A stretch of DNA of 64,000 nt from Phycisphaerae bacterium (lineage in GTDB: Bacteria > Planctomycetota > Phycisphaerae > Sedimentisphaerales > Anaerobacaceae): contig JAUXAL010000008.1 of assembly GCA_030619925.1 (NCBI GenBank), forward strand, positions 1,509 through 65,508, given 5' to 3'. Made by a program: the position numbers and the translations under genes. Below are positions 1 through 8,268 of the stretch, one piece after another. The notes beneath the pieces are model-generated. The model was not told where the DNA came from. It did no database searches and saw only the letters and a list, made by a program, of their open reading frames with translations. How positions within the stretch are numbered: the first letter of the stretch is position 1; each line of letters begins with the position of its first letter.

Positions 1-142
1 CAAGCCGAATACCGCTTAGAATGTCTTGCGGTCAGAATATAATGAGAAAAGAGGTGGGGCACTGAGGCTCTTGCAATGTGGCGAACACAATACGGTGACC
101 GGATACTCGAAGGGGCCGAAGCCAAAGTATTTGCCGAAGCAC

Positions 143-226
143 TGTCCTCTCTGCTCGATTCTTGATTCTTGATGCTGGATGCTGAATTCTCGATGTTCGA
201 ATTTCGTATGCTGTGTCCTGTATTCT
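143..226. repeat. array of 12 degenerate tandem heptamers (GATKCTN-like)
   Basis: Read in a 7-nt register: tgtcctc tctgctc gattctt gattctt gatgctg gatgctg aattctc gatgttc gaatttc gtatgct gtgtcct gtattct. Confidence 0.8.
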
Positions 227-444
227 CCATCAGTCCCGTAAGCCGTAGGATTTTTATTCTCCGCCAACATATTCGGAAATCGGTAAACGTACAAAATAAA
301 TCCGGTTATTGTTTTAAGAGAACTACCATTCACTTCGCTCACTGTGTTCGCTTAGTGGCTGCCACCCATCGTAAGCTTTAGACTATCAGATTTCAGTCTG
401 TTTGTCACGAAGTTTTCTGTGTTTTCTTGCAACACCGTTCTCAG

Positions 445-1200
445 TCAGTGTGATGTTCCGACATTGATTTTTTCTATCAGGCCTGGTAGTTCGCAAAGCC
501 GGTTTATTTTCCAGGCCCCTTCCGGTACTTTCTTTCCGGCATTAGTGTAAGCAGCCTTTAGAACAGCCTGCATGCCGGTTTTTACCGCAGGTTTAATGTC
601 CTTATCGATGCGGTCTCCTACGTACAATATGTTCTCCAGTGTCTCGCCAATCCTCTTGGCGGCGACTTTGAAGATCTGAGTATTGGGCTTTCGAAAATCA
701 AATTCGTATGAATAAACTCTAACCGTAAAGAAATCTAATATGCCCAATTGTTTTAGATGTTCGTCCAGAGAACAGCCGTTCACAAAAGTGTTGGAAACTA
801 TGCCGAGCTTTAGACCCAAATTTTTAAGTGCCGCTAAAGTCTCTTTTGTTTTCGGCTCAGTCTGACCAACTTGACTCAAAGGTTCATACCAAAGCCACGC
901 TAAGTGCCGCCACTGCTCTGGATTGAGCTTGACCCCCCTTTTTGTGCCGGACTTTCTTAGCAGTGCCAGCGTATCAAAATCCCTTCCGGTTATATTGGAA
1001 AGCCAATGCCATATGCGCAGAGCTATCAGGTTTCGCCAATAGTAGTAATTGAAACCGCCGACCGGCTGGCCTGAATTCTTGAGAAAATCGTACGATGATA
1101 TAGCTCCCTGCCGGAAAAGCCGGGTCGTATTGACTTGGCCGAAGTTCAGCAAAGTATCGCCGAGATCGAACAACACTGCCTTGATCTTTTTATCCGACAA
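445..1200 (-). CDS. HAD-superfamily hydrolase
   Basis: 251-aa ORF with N-terminal VLFDLGDTL (DxD-type motif I) and C-terminal VGDRIDKD motif, both typical of haloacid dehalogenase-like hydrolases. Confidence 0.7.
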   Translation of the reverse strand: MSDKKIKAVLFDLGDTLLNFGQVNTTRLFRQGAISSYDFLKNSGQPVGGFNYYYWRNLIALRIWHWLSNITGRDFDTLALLRKSGTKRGVKLNPEQWRHLAWLWYEPLSQVGQTEPKTKETLAALKNLGLKLGIVSNTFVNGCSLDEHLKQLGILDFFTVRVYSYEFDFRKPNTQIFKVAAKRIGETLENILYVGDRIDKDIKPAVKTGMQAVLKAAYTNAGKKVPEGAWKINRLCELPGLIEKINVGTSH

Positions 1201-1206
1201 TTGCTT

Positions 1207-2538
1207 TTACCTCAATGGCGGCAAATTATCCTCAAAAGATTGCCGTACCCACTCGAACATTTCCTCGTCTGATATCATCGATACCCTGTCGGCTGCATAC
1301 TCGGCGTCGATTCTGTCTTTTATCTTGGTTATACGCCGGTCATGCTTGGGAATTTCAATCTGGTACCTGGTCTCTATCCAGTGTTTGATACCTGCCGCTC
1401 CGGTCTTATCGGTAATTGCCACACCGACAGGGCGGTTGAGCAGCTTTTGGGTATCGAAGCAATTGTATATTTCCTCGTTCTTTAACAAGCCGTCTGCGTG
1501 GATGCCGGCCCGGGTAACATTGAAATCCTTTCCAACCAGCGGATAATTATGTGGAATCTCGAAGCCCGATTCCTTTCTTACGTACTCAGCCAGTTCTGTT
1601 ATCGCCGCATAGTTAACGCCCTCAGTCATTCCTTTCAGTTGGGCGTGTTCAACAACCAGCGCCTCCAGGGGCGGATTGCCTGTTCGCTCGCCACAGCCGA
1701 ATATCGCAGCGTTGGCGGCGCTGCAGCCGTACAGCCATGCCGTCGCAGCGTTTACCTGGACCTTATGCAGATCGTTATGGCCGTGCCATTCGAGCCGTTC
1801 GGACGGAACACCTATTTGTCGAAGCCCATAAATAAGTTTAGGGATGCTCCGCGGCAAAGAAACCCTCGCCCACGGCAGGCCAAATCCGAGCGTATCACAA
1901 AGACGAATCTTGATAGGCTTGTCATATTTTTTGGAAAGTTTCATTAACTCAGCGGCAAAAGGCAGTACAAAGCCTTCATAATCCGCTCGCGTTATATCCT
2001 CAAGGTGGCAGCGCGGAATAACGCTGCTATCTAAAGCGGCTTTGACAATATCAAGATACGCATTCATCGCCTGTGCCCGGGTCTTTCGTAGCTTCAGGAA
2101 TATATGATAATCACTTGCTGAGGTCAGAATGCCGGTTTCGCTGAGCCCCATTTGTGAGACCAGCTTAAAATCGGCCGCTACAGCCCTGATCCAGCCTGTT
2201 ACCTCGGGAAACTTGTAACCTCGCTCTTTGCACAGTTCTACCGCCTCTCTATCACGCTCTGAGTATAGGAAGAACTCACATTGGCGAATCAAACCCGTCC
2301 CCCCGTCTATTTCGTGCAATAAGTCGTAAATCTTAAGGATTTGCTCCGGCCTAAAAGGCGGCCGGGACTGCTGACCGTCGCGGAACGTCGTATCGGTTAT
2401 CCAGATTTCCTCCGGAATATCATACTCAACTTCTCGATTGTCGAATATCAACCGCGGAAATTCAGTGTACGAAAACGTCTGGCGATACAGATTGGGTTTT
2501 TCAACATTTACAAGTCTAAGGTTCTTATTAGCCATCAT
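1207..2538 (-). CDS. HMGL-like aldol-condensing enzyme of the homocitrate / isopropylmalate / Re-citrate synthase family
   Basis: 443-aa ORF with ITDTTFRDGQQ signature and WHGHND metal-site motif. The size and N-terminal extension resemble Re-citrate synthase-type enzymes of anaerobes; subfamily is not resolvable by eye. Confidence 0.7.
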   Translation of the reverse strand: MMANKNLRLVNVEKPNLYRQTFSYTEFPRLIFDNREVEYDIPEEIWITDTTFRDGQQSRPPFRPEQILKIYDLLHEIDGGTGLIRQCEFFLYSERDREAVELCKERGYKFPEVTGWIRAVAADFKLVSQMGLSETGILTSASDYHIFLKLRKTRAQAMNAYLDIVKAALDSSVIPRCHLEDITRADYEGFVLPFAAELMKLSKKYDKPIKIRLCDTLGFGLPWARVSLPRSIPKLIYGLRQIGVPSERLEWHGHNDLHKVQVNAATAWLYGCSAANAAIFGCGERTGNPPLEALVVEHAQLKGMTEGVNYAAITELAEYVRKESGFEIPHNYPLVGKDFNVTRAGIHADGLLKNEEIYNCFDTQKLLNRPVGVAITDKTGAAGIKHWIETRYQIEIPKHDRRITKIKDRIDAEYAADRVSMISDEEMFEWVRQSFEDNLPPLR

Positions 2539-2936
2539 TTATCTCCAAAGTCAGAAGTCAGAAAACAGAAGTCAGAAAAACTCTGCCAATTGTTCATTAA
2601 ACGATAAAGCATAGCATTGACTTCGTCATATCCATTATCCAACCTCTTATGCTCATCCTTCGTAATATACATACAATCTTTTGCAAAGTCTAACCATCCT
2701 CTTGTTTCTTCAGACGATCCTAAAGAATCATTTAGATGCCTAATGAGCACTTGCTCATATTTTCTTTTAGCAAATCCTTCGCGTATATTTATAGCAACTG
2801 ATCTCGATGAACGTCTCATCTGATCTGTTAATGAATATGTTTCTTTTTTAGAAAACTTCTTGGTTATCTCAAATATCTCCATAGCAAGCTGATAAACAAT
2901 CTGATATACTTTCAAATCTTTTACACTCTTAATCAC
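2535..2936 (-). CDS. four-helix-bundle protein (23S rRNA intervening-sequence protein / Avd-like family)
   Basis: DLKVYQIVYQLAMEIFEITKKFSKKETYSLTDQMRRSSRSVAINIREGFAKRK matches the family pattern. The start is set at GTG 2936 because the longer ORF (to 3071) runs through the tRNA-Leu gene. Confidence 0.65.
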   Translation of the reverse strand: MIKSVKDLKVYQIVYQLAMEIFEITKKFSKKETYSLTDQMRRSSRSVAINIREGFAKRKYEQVLIRHLNDSLGSSEETRGWLDFAKDCMYITKDEHKRLDNGYDEVNAMLYRLMNNWQSFSDFCFLTSDFGDK

Positions 2937-2959
2937 CGTTTTCTCTCTGTCTTCTGTAA

Positions 2960-3043
2960 TAGCCGAGGTGGGAGTCGAACCCACATGCCCATTACGGGCA
3001 GGGGATTTTAAGTCCCCAGCGTCTGCCGTTCCGCCACTCGGCC
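2960..3043 (-). tRNA. tRNA-Leu (anticodon UAA), type II with long variable arm
   Basis: Folded by hand: acceptor GGCCGAG/CUCGGCU, anticodon stem GGGGA/UCCCC with loop CUUAAAA, variable arm UGCCCGUAAUGGGCAU, T arm GUGGG-UUCGACU-CCCAC, discriminator A, no encoded CCA. Confidence 0.9.
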
Positions 3044-3235
3044 GAACGCAATAGGCTAACTTATCCGACAAAATTTTGCAAATTGTTTCCCGAAAAACTC
3101 AAAGGAGACAAACGTACAAATTGATCGCGGGAGTTATCCCGAAAAACATTCCATTCAAAACAACATGGACAAGGTCACAACAGCAAAGCTGGGATATAAC
3201 CTACTGTGGTTTGAACCGTGTTTTCGGGCAAGATG

Positions 3236-3607
3236 TTAGCTGAACTCTTTGAGAATCTCTTCGAGACTATCTACCTTTTTGACTAAGGGATGATGGAAAA
3301 ACATTGTTCGGCTTTCCACACCGGTCACGACGCGTATGGGTATCCTAGAGCCAATTGCTATTCCAAGTTCAACATACATTCCGACCCCCCGGTCATGTGG
3401 TAGAATAATGAGCATGTCGGCATCCTCAACACCGCGACTTTCTCTGATTGCAGCCTCTCGAGACGCCTCCGCATTCTTATCGTAAGGTCTAAGATGATCA
3501 ATTGTCGTCCAATCGAAAGTGATTTCATGCCCCGCATCTTTGAGTGCCTTTATCGCTTCTCTGACACTCCCCTCTACACCAACTTTACCAGATACAAAGA
3601 ATTTCAT
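3236..3607 (-). CDS. nucleoside 2-deoxyribosyltransferase-like (NDT/Rcl fold) protein
   Basis: 123-aa ORF. MKFFVSG N-terminus, ADMLIILP strand and GVGMYVELGIAIG motif resemble the D-x-G-x-x-x-E-x-G core of the NDT family. Last gene of a low-GC three-gene cassette. Confidence 0.5.
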   Translation of the reverse strand: MKFFVSGKVGVEGSVREAIKALKDAGHEITFDWTTIDHLRPYDKNAEASREAAIRESRGVEDADMLIILPHDRGVGMYVELGIAIGSRIPIRVVTGVESRTMFFHHPLVKKVDSLEEILKEFS

Positions 3608-3659
3608 CTTGTGGCAACCTAAGTCTGAAACTCGATTTTTCTTGTATGTTAATCAGATG

Positions 3660-4001
3660 TCACTTACCTACTGCTGTACGTATCTGCTGACCTTTCTCTT
3701 CCATCTGGGGGTCTCCAGACTTTTCTAAGGTTTCCGCAAGCGCAATTAAACTCTCCACGAGATCTTCCGAAGAAGCAGAAAACGTACCTTCCTCCTTTGC
3801 ATTTTCCAAGGCCTCCAATAGAACTTCAGTATAGCTCGCCAGCAATGCTTTGGGAATCATGTCTGGATATTTACAGAGACGAATCAGTCTTTCTGATAAT
3901 TGGCGTTCCAGTTCTTTTGTTCCATATAGCCATTTTTGCATCATAGGATCTGATTGGGAAGCTTTTTCCATAGATGCGGTAAATTCTTTCAGATGAGTCA
4001 T
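3660..4001 (-). CDS. small acidic all-helical hypothetical protein
   Basis: 113-aa ORF with GGAGG ribosome-binding site 7 nt upstream. It starts 17 nt after the stop of the nucleotidyltransferase gene. No recognisable motif and no HEPN Rx4-6H. Confidence 0.5.
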   Translation of the reverse strand: MTHLKEFTASMEKASQSDPMMQKWLYGTKELERQLSERLIRLCKYPDMIPKALLASYTEVLLEALENAKEEGTFSASSEDLVESLIALAETLEKSGDPQMEEKGQQIRTAVGK

Positions 4002-4018
4002 TGTCTATTACCTCCATA

Positions 4019-5068
4019 TTAAAACACTGCGTATTTTTGAAAAGTATTTTTGAACAGGGCGTCTTTATAGAATATCTGCTCCAAACTGGATTGAATGTTA
4101 TCACCCATTACTTGACATTGCTCTTTTAACTCTTCGCGGCTCTTGCTATCTCCACTGATGCATTTGAGTACATCTCGTTTATCTCCTGAAAGGATGCCTA
4201 TGAATTGGTCGTAGTTTTGCAGCAAAACTTTCATTGCTCTTTGTGATTCTTTGGACATCAAGTCAACATGCTTCGCTATCTGGGCCAATGGAGGTGCTAC
4301 AAGCGATTTCTTGAGATAGCTTTTGAGATGATCGTTAGTTTTTATTTTCTGATCGGTCAAAAGAACCGTTGCTAATGGACCGGCAAATAGAATCTTCCGT
4401 GTTATTCTTAGTTTTGCGAGCCGCAAATTTGAGTCACTACCGCGCCACCGCTTAGTCCCAAAATCAACCGCCATAGTTCTCCAGTACCTGACCAAATCGT
4501 TCAACAAGTACCTCGGAACCTTTGCCGGGCTGCCTTTACTGCGATTGGGTGGAAGATAGTCTGCACAGTATCTTTCCAAAATGTTATCAATGACTGTCGT
4601 ATGGGTCGTTCCCAAAGTAACTGGCTTTGACTCGCTTAAGAGAAGAATACGTCGCGTCATATTAGCATTTGTGTCGGATTCCAATCCTATACTCTCATAT
4701 AGGTTCGCTGCCACGACAATTTCGCTGAAAACATTTTGGCCTCCTCTTTCTCCAATAGGGAAATCCTTCTCCACTCTTTCCATAGCCTCAATTAGCTTGC
4801 GAGTTGTGTTTGGCGAAGCCCCATTTTGCAAGACATAGTAGTCGCAGTCCGACTGAAAAGAGCATTCTTCCCTGGCGATAGACCCGCACAAGACTATGTC
4901 AGTGTTTTCAAGATCATCAGGCTTGTCCTTTGAAAACTCCTTCTTCAGAGCATTCTCGTATCCACTTAACAATCGTTCTGAGGTTACCGACGCTTCCTTC
5001 AGTGCAGGCAATTCTATGCCTATCAATTTTGCTGCTTTGGCCAAATCACTGTGCATCGAAACCCACAA
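4019..5068 (-). CDS. pol-beta superfamily nucleotidyltransferase with C-terminal helical domain
   Basis: 349-aa ORF with the minimal NTase signature CGSIAREECSFQSDCDYYVL (G-S ... D-x-D) followed by a roughly 220-aa helical region. The ORF-track start is TTG; the first ATG is at 5056. Confidence 0.6.
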   Translation of the reverse strand: MWVSMHSDLAKAAKLIGIELPALKEASVTSERLLSGYENALKKEFSKDKPDDLENTDIVLCGSIAREECSFQSDCDYYVLQNGASPNTTRKLIEAMERVEKDFPIGERGGQNVFSEIVVAANLYESIGLESDTNANMTRRILLLSESKPVTLGTTHTTVIDNILERYCADYLPPNRSKGSPAKVPRYLLNDLVRYWRTMAVDFGTKRWRGSDSNLRLAKLRITRKILFAGPLATVLLTDQKIKTNDHLKSYLKKSLVAPPLAQIAKHVDLMSKESQRAMKVLLQNYDQFIGILSGDKRDVLKCISGDSKSREELKEQCQVMGDNIQSSLEQIFYKDALFKNTFQKYAVF

Positions 5069-5538
5069 TCCCTTCGGTGAAACACAAAATCCCTTAGGTA
5101 TCAGCTCGTAAAAAACTCATCAGAACTTGTTGAAACAATAAATAACTTTAGGCTAACAACACCTATTTTAATAAATTTAGTTGAGTTGGCCGTCAAAGTC
5201 AAACATATATTCTGCGTAAGTATCAATAATCATCAAAAAATTATCGCAGGCGAAATCAAATTCAAAGTCACGTTTTACGCTGAAAGACCTGCTTCTTGAT
5301 GATCTACACCCAGACCACACGTACAACTCTTTTTCCAATCCCTATTTAGGGATAGAAGTGTCCGGTCTCTATTTGTACTCCACTCACGATGAATTTCGAC
5401 CGACCTAACCCAAGCTCGAATGGTATTCTTAACTGCAAAAACGCAGTTTTTGGTATGTCTTAGGGGGGTATGGTGCGATTTTATTGCAAGTCGAAGTGGC
5501 TTTGACGGAGGATAGTTGGAAGATGAGCGAGAAAAAAA

Positions 5539-6948
5539 TCAGTGAAGAAATTTCTTGAAGCCAAATCGAAGCCTGAATCGACAAAGAAAATCTGCTATTC
5601 GCTGCCATACCTGGGCCAGGCTGACTCTCCAGCCAAGTGCTTTTAGCAGTGAATCGTTATCCGCTAATGAACGTGCCTTCTTAATCCTCTCGGCAGCGTT
5701 GGCCAGTCTGCCCATTGCCAGGTAAACAAAGGCCGAATCTCTTAAAGCCAAAACGTGCCCGCTCTGGATGTCAAGCGTGTGGGCAAAAAACTCTGCAGCA
5801 TCCCCAAGCACCCCTTTTATAGCCCTAACAACTCCAAGATAGTAATAGGCATCTGCGTTAACGCGATCGATATCAACAGCCTGCAGCAGGCACTGTGTTG
5901 CATAATCGAGCTCATCCATTCTCAAAAACATCGACCCCATAGAAACCAAAATATTCGCATCTTCAGGTGCCAGCTTCAATTCAGAAATCAGATAAGCTCT
6001 GCCCTTTTGTTCTTGGCCTTTCATTAATGCATACTGGGCCAGTCTATAGCATGGCCCTGCGAGTGTATTGTCCTTTTGCAATGCCTGACTAAATAGTTGC
6101 ACTGCCTGCTCATAGTCATTGTTGCTAAAAGCAATCTCCCCAAGATAGAACAAAGCGACTCCTGATGCCGGCTCAAGTTCGAGTATTCTGTTGAACTTTT
6201 CCTTTGCCGATTCGATCTCGCCGGTCTCAAGCATAAACAAACCGAAATCGAGAATAACATCAACGTCACCCGGGTTAACACGAAGCTCTGCCAGGAAATG
6301 CTCACGACTGTGTTTGTTGTCACCCGCGGACCAGTAGGCTTGAGCAATTCGATAATTGATTTGTGGGTGACTCGGCTCAAGTTCAGCCGTTCTTAGCCAG
6401 CAGCGAATGGCTTTTTTGTACTGGCCCCGAGCAAAAAGACTGTTGCCGATATTATAGTAGCACAACGCACAGTCCGGCTTTATCTGCTGGGCGAGGTAAA
6501 AAATCTGCTCAGCTAAATCGTGTAGGCCCATTTCAGTATAGGCAATTATTCGATTACAGTAGCACGGTTCAAACGCCGGATCTAATTCCTCGATAAGCTC
6601 GAAAGTTTCGATAGCCAGATCATAGTAGCACGTGCGGGTATAATCGACCGCCAGCGAGTTTAATATCTCTAAATCATCAGGGTTTAGCTGCAGGGCGATT
6701 TCGTATTCACTTGTCGCATCGTCAAACTGATTTATGGAATCCAACGTCAGCGCCTTGTTGAAATGCCACGAACTGTTGGAAGGGTTTATCTCAAGGGCCG
6801 TTTCTAATTCGGCAAGAGCTTGTGACATTTTGCCGTCTTCGTAAAGCTCAAAGGCTTTCCGCGCCGACTGTTCACCCTTTTCATAGGAGCCGAATTCCAT
6901 ATCTTCAAAAAGCATAGTCGCACCTTTACCCCGTCTATCACCCAGCAA
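5539..6948 (-). CDS. tetratricopeptide (TPR) repeat protein
   Basis: 469-aa ORF built of repeated 34-aa A/Y/L-rich units (e.g. ALELNPSNSSWHFNKA, ALQLNPDDLEILNSLA, AELEPSHPQINYRIA). Confidence 0.75.
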   Translation of the reverse strand: MLGDRRGKGATMLFEDMEFGSYEKGEQSARKAFELYEDGKMSQALAELETALEINPSNSSWHFNKALTLDSINQFDDATSEYEIALQLNPDDLEILNSLAVDYTRTCYYDLAIETFELIEELDPAFEPCYCNRIIAYTEMGLHDLAEQIFYLAQQIKPDCALCYYNIGNSLFARGQYKKAIRCWLRTAELEPSHPQINYRIAQAYWSAGDNKHSREHFLAELRVNPGDVDVILDFGLFMLETGEIESAKEKFNRILELEPASGVALFYLGEIAFSNNDYEQAVQLFSQALQKDNTLAGPCYRLAQYALMKGQEQKGRAYLISELKLAPEDANILVSMGSMFLRMDELDYATQCLLQAVDIDRVNADAYYYLGVVRAIKGVLGDAAEFFAHTLDIQSGHVLALRDSAFVYLAMGRLANAAERIKKARSLADNDSLLKALGWRVSLAQVWQRIADFLCRFRLRFGFKKFLH

Positions 6949-7267
6949 TTAAGCAGTTACACAACGGCGTTATCGCCCATAAAATACGCTCGGGTTAGCG
7001 GTTTTTGGCCGGCTCAAGACCTTTTTACCTGCGATAAAATTTTGCTGGTAATTCGGATTGTAAACTCTTACAATTGCACGGGTTAGTTCCCAGCACCGGA
7101 ACGGCATGAGCCGGAGTTCTTCTGCTGCTGGGCTGTTTTTCTGGAAAGCAGCCACCGAGAGTCTTATAATGTGTGACTGCTATATGGGTCGTAACAACGT
7201 GTGAATCTGGAATCGAATCGCGAGTCACGAACTGCGGGTCGCGAATATAATTGGGAGAAGCCAAGCT

Positions 7268-7735
7268 ATGATTAAAGAAGTAAAAGGTCAAGTAACAGCC
7301 GGCAAGGGCAATTACGCTATCGTAGTCAGCAGGTTCAACGAATTCATAACCTCTAAGCTGCTTGCCGGTGCGATAGATTGTCTCCAGCGTAATGGTGCTG
7401 CTGATAAACAGATATCCGTAGTCTGGGTGCCCGGTGCCTGTGAAATTACGCAAGCTTCCAAAAAGCTCGTACAGAGTGGCAAATACGTCGCGGTCATCTG
7501 TCTCGGCGCGGTCATACGAGGTCAAACCGCTCATTACGATTTTGTCTGTCAACAGGTAGCCCGAGGTATCGGACAAATCAACTACGATTCAGATGTGCCG
7601 ACTGTATTTGGTGTCCTCACCTGCGATACGCTCGAGCAGGCCGTCGAAAGAGCCGGGACGAAAATGGGCAATGCCGGCGCCGACGCAGCACTGACGGCGA
7701 TGGAAATGGCCAACGTGATGGAACAATTAAGTTGA
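7268..7735 (+). CDS. ribH: 6,7-dimethyl-8-ribityllumazine synthase
   Basis: 155-aa ORF with AIVVSRFNEFIT, VWVPGACE, CLGAVIRGQTAHYDFV and GVLT motifs characteristic of RibH. It precedes nusB as in many bacteria. Confidence 0.9.
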   Translation: MIKEVKGQVTAGKGNYAIVVSRFNEFITSKLLAGAIDCLQRNGAADKQISVVWVPGACEITQASKKLVQSGKYVAVICLGAVIRGQTAHYDFVCQQVARGIGQINYDSDVPTVFGVLTCDTLEQAVERAGTKMGNAGADAALTAMEMANVMEQLS

Positions 7736-7793
7736 TAGTTATGAGTTCATAGTTCATAGACTCTGAACAATGAACAAAGAACAATGAACTTTG
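7731..7793. repeat. 9 tandem degenerate heptamers spanning the ribH stop and nusB start
   Basis: gttgata gttatga gttcata gttcata gactctg aacaatg aacaaag aacaatg aactttg. The nusB ATG (7784) is the last 3 nt of one unit. Confidence 0.8.
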
Positions 7794-8197
7794 ATAGAAG
7801 AACAAGGGCCAGAGAACTGGCAATGCAGGCGTTATATCAGCTCGATGTGCAGGGCCCTGACGTGTTTGAGCTTTTAGGCCGGTTCTTTACGGAAGCAGAT
7901 ACAGACGAGTCTGTCCGAAAGCTTGCCTTGGATTGGACAAAAGGAACGTGGGAAAATTTGAAACAGTGCGACGAGCTGATAGTTGCCTCGATAATAAAGT
8001 GGCAATTTACAAGACTCTCACCTGTTGATAAAGGCATTTTGAGATTGGCGGTTTATCAATTGAAATTCTGTCCCGACATCCCGCCGAAGGTTGTGATAAA
8101 TGAAGCCATCGAGCTTGCAAAAAAGTTCAGTACTGATAAGTCACCCGCGTTTGTTAATGGCGTGCTTGATGCCATCCTTAAGAAGCTAAAAAGTTAA
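7784..8197 (+). CDS. nusB: transcription antitermination factor NusB
   Basis: 137-aa ORF with RARELAMQALYQLD N-terminus and FVNGVLD C-terminal motif. Conserved ribH-nusB synteny. Confidence 0.85.
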   Translation: MNFDRRTRARELAMQALYQLDVQGPDVFELLGRFFTEADTDESVRKLALDWTKGTWENLKQCDELIVASIIKWQFTRLSPVDKGILRLAVYQLKFCPDIPPKVVINEAIELAKKFSTDKSPAFVNGVLDAILKKLKS

Positions 8198-8265
8198 AGC
8201 GAAAAATGCAAAGTTTTGAATTTTTCAGTTATGGTTTTTCATTTTTAGCTTTAAGCTTTTAATTT
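8196..8265. repeat. 10 tandem degenerate heptamers (NNNNTTT-like) directly upstream of the ParA-like gene
   Basis: aaagcga aaaatgc aaagttt tgaattt ttcagtt atggttt ttcattt ttagctt taagctt ttaattt, then act-ATG. Confidence 0.75.
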
Positions 8266-8268
8266 ACT

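Noticed and set aside
16-342. 108-aa minus-strand ORF at the window start
   Set aside because: Its translation (…EHREFSIQHQESRIEQRG…) is produced by the 143-226 heptamer array. It has no motif and no RBS, so it is treated as non-coding repeat sequence.
2937-3071. N-terminal 45 codons of ORF 2535..3071
   Set aside because: This part of the ORF is the reverse-strand reading of tRNA-Leu (2960-3043). The CDS was shortened to the GTG at 2936, which also fits the family's usual length.
2960-5540. tRNA-Leu-linked integrative island
   Set aside because: The low-GC cassette lies on the 5' side of the tRNA, not the 3' side. No integrase gene is present, and I could not find a direct repeat of the tRNA 3' end. 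It is only called a compositionally atypical cassette.
6949-7267. FMN (RFN) riboswitch upstream of ribH
   Set aside because: I looked for the conserved RFN core (GGGCAGGGTGAAATTCCC-like, AGTCTGGATGGGAGA-like) and found nothing similar.
7025-7576. 183-aa minus-strand ORF
   Set aside because: It is the antisense shadow of ribH, whose identity is unambiguous.
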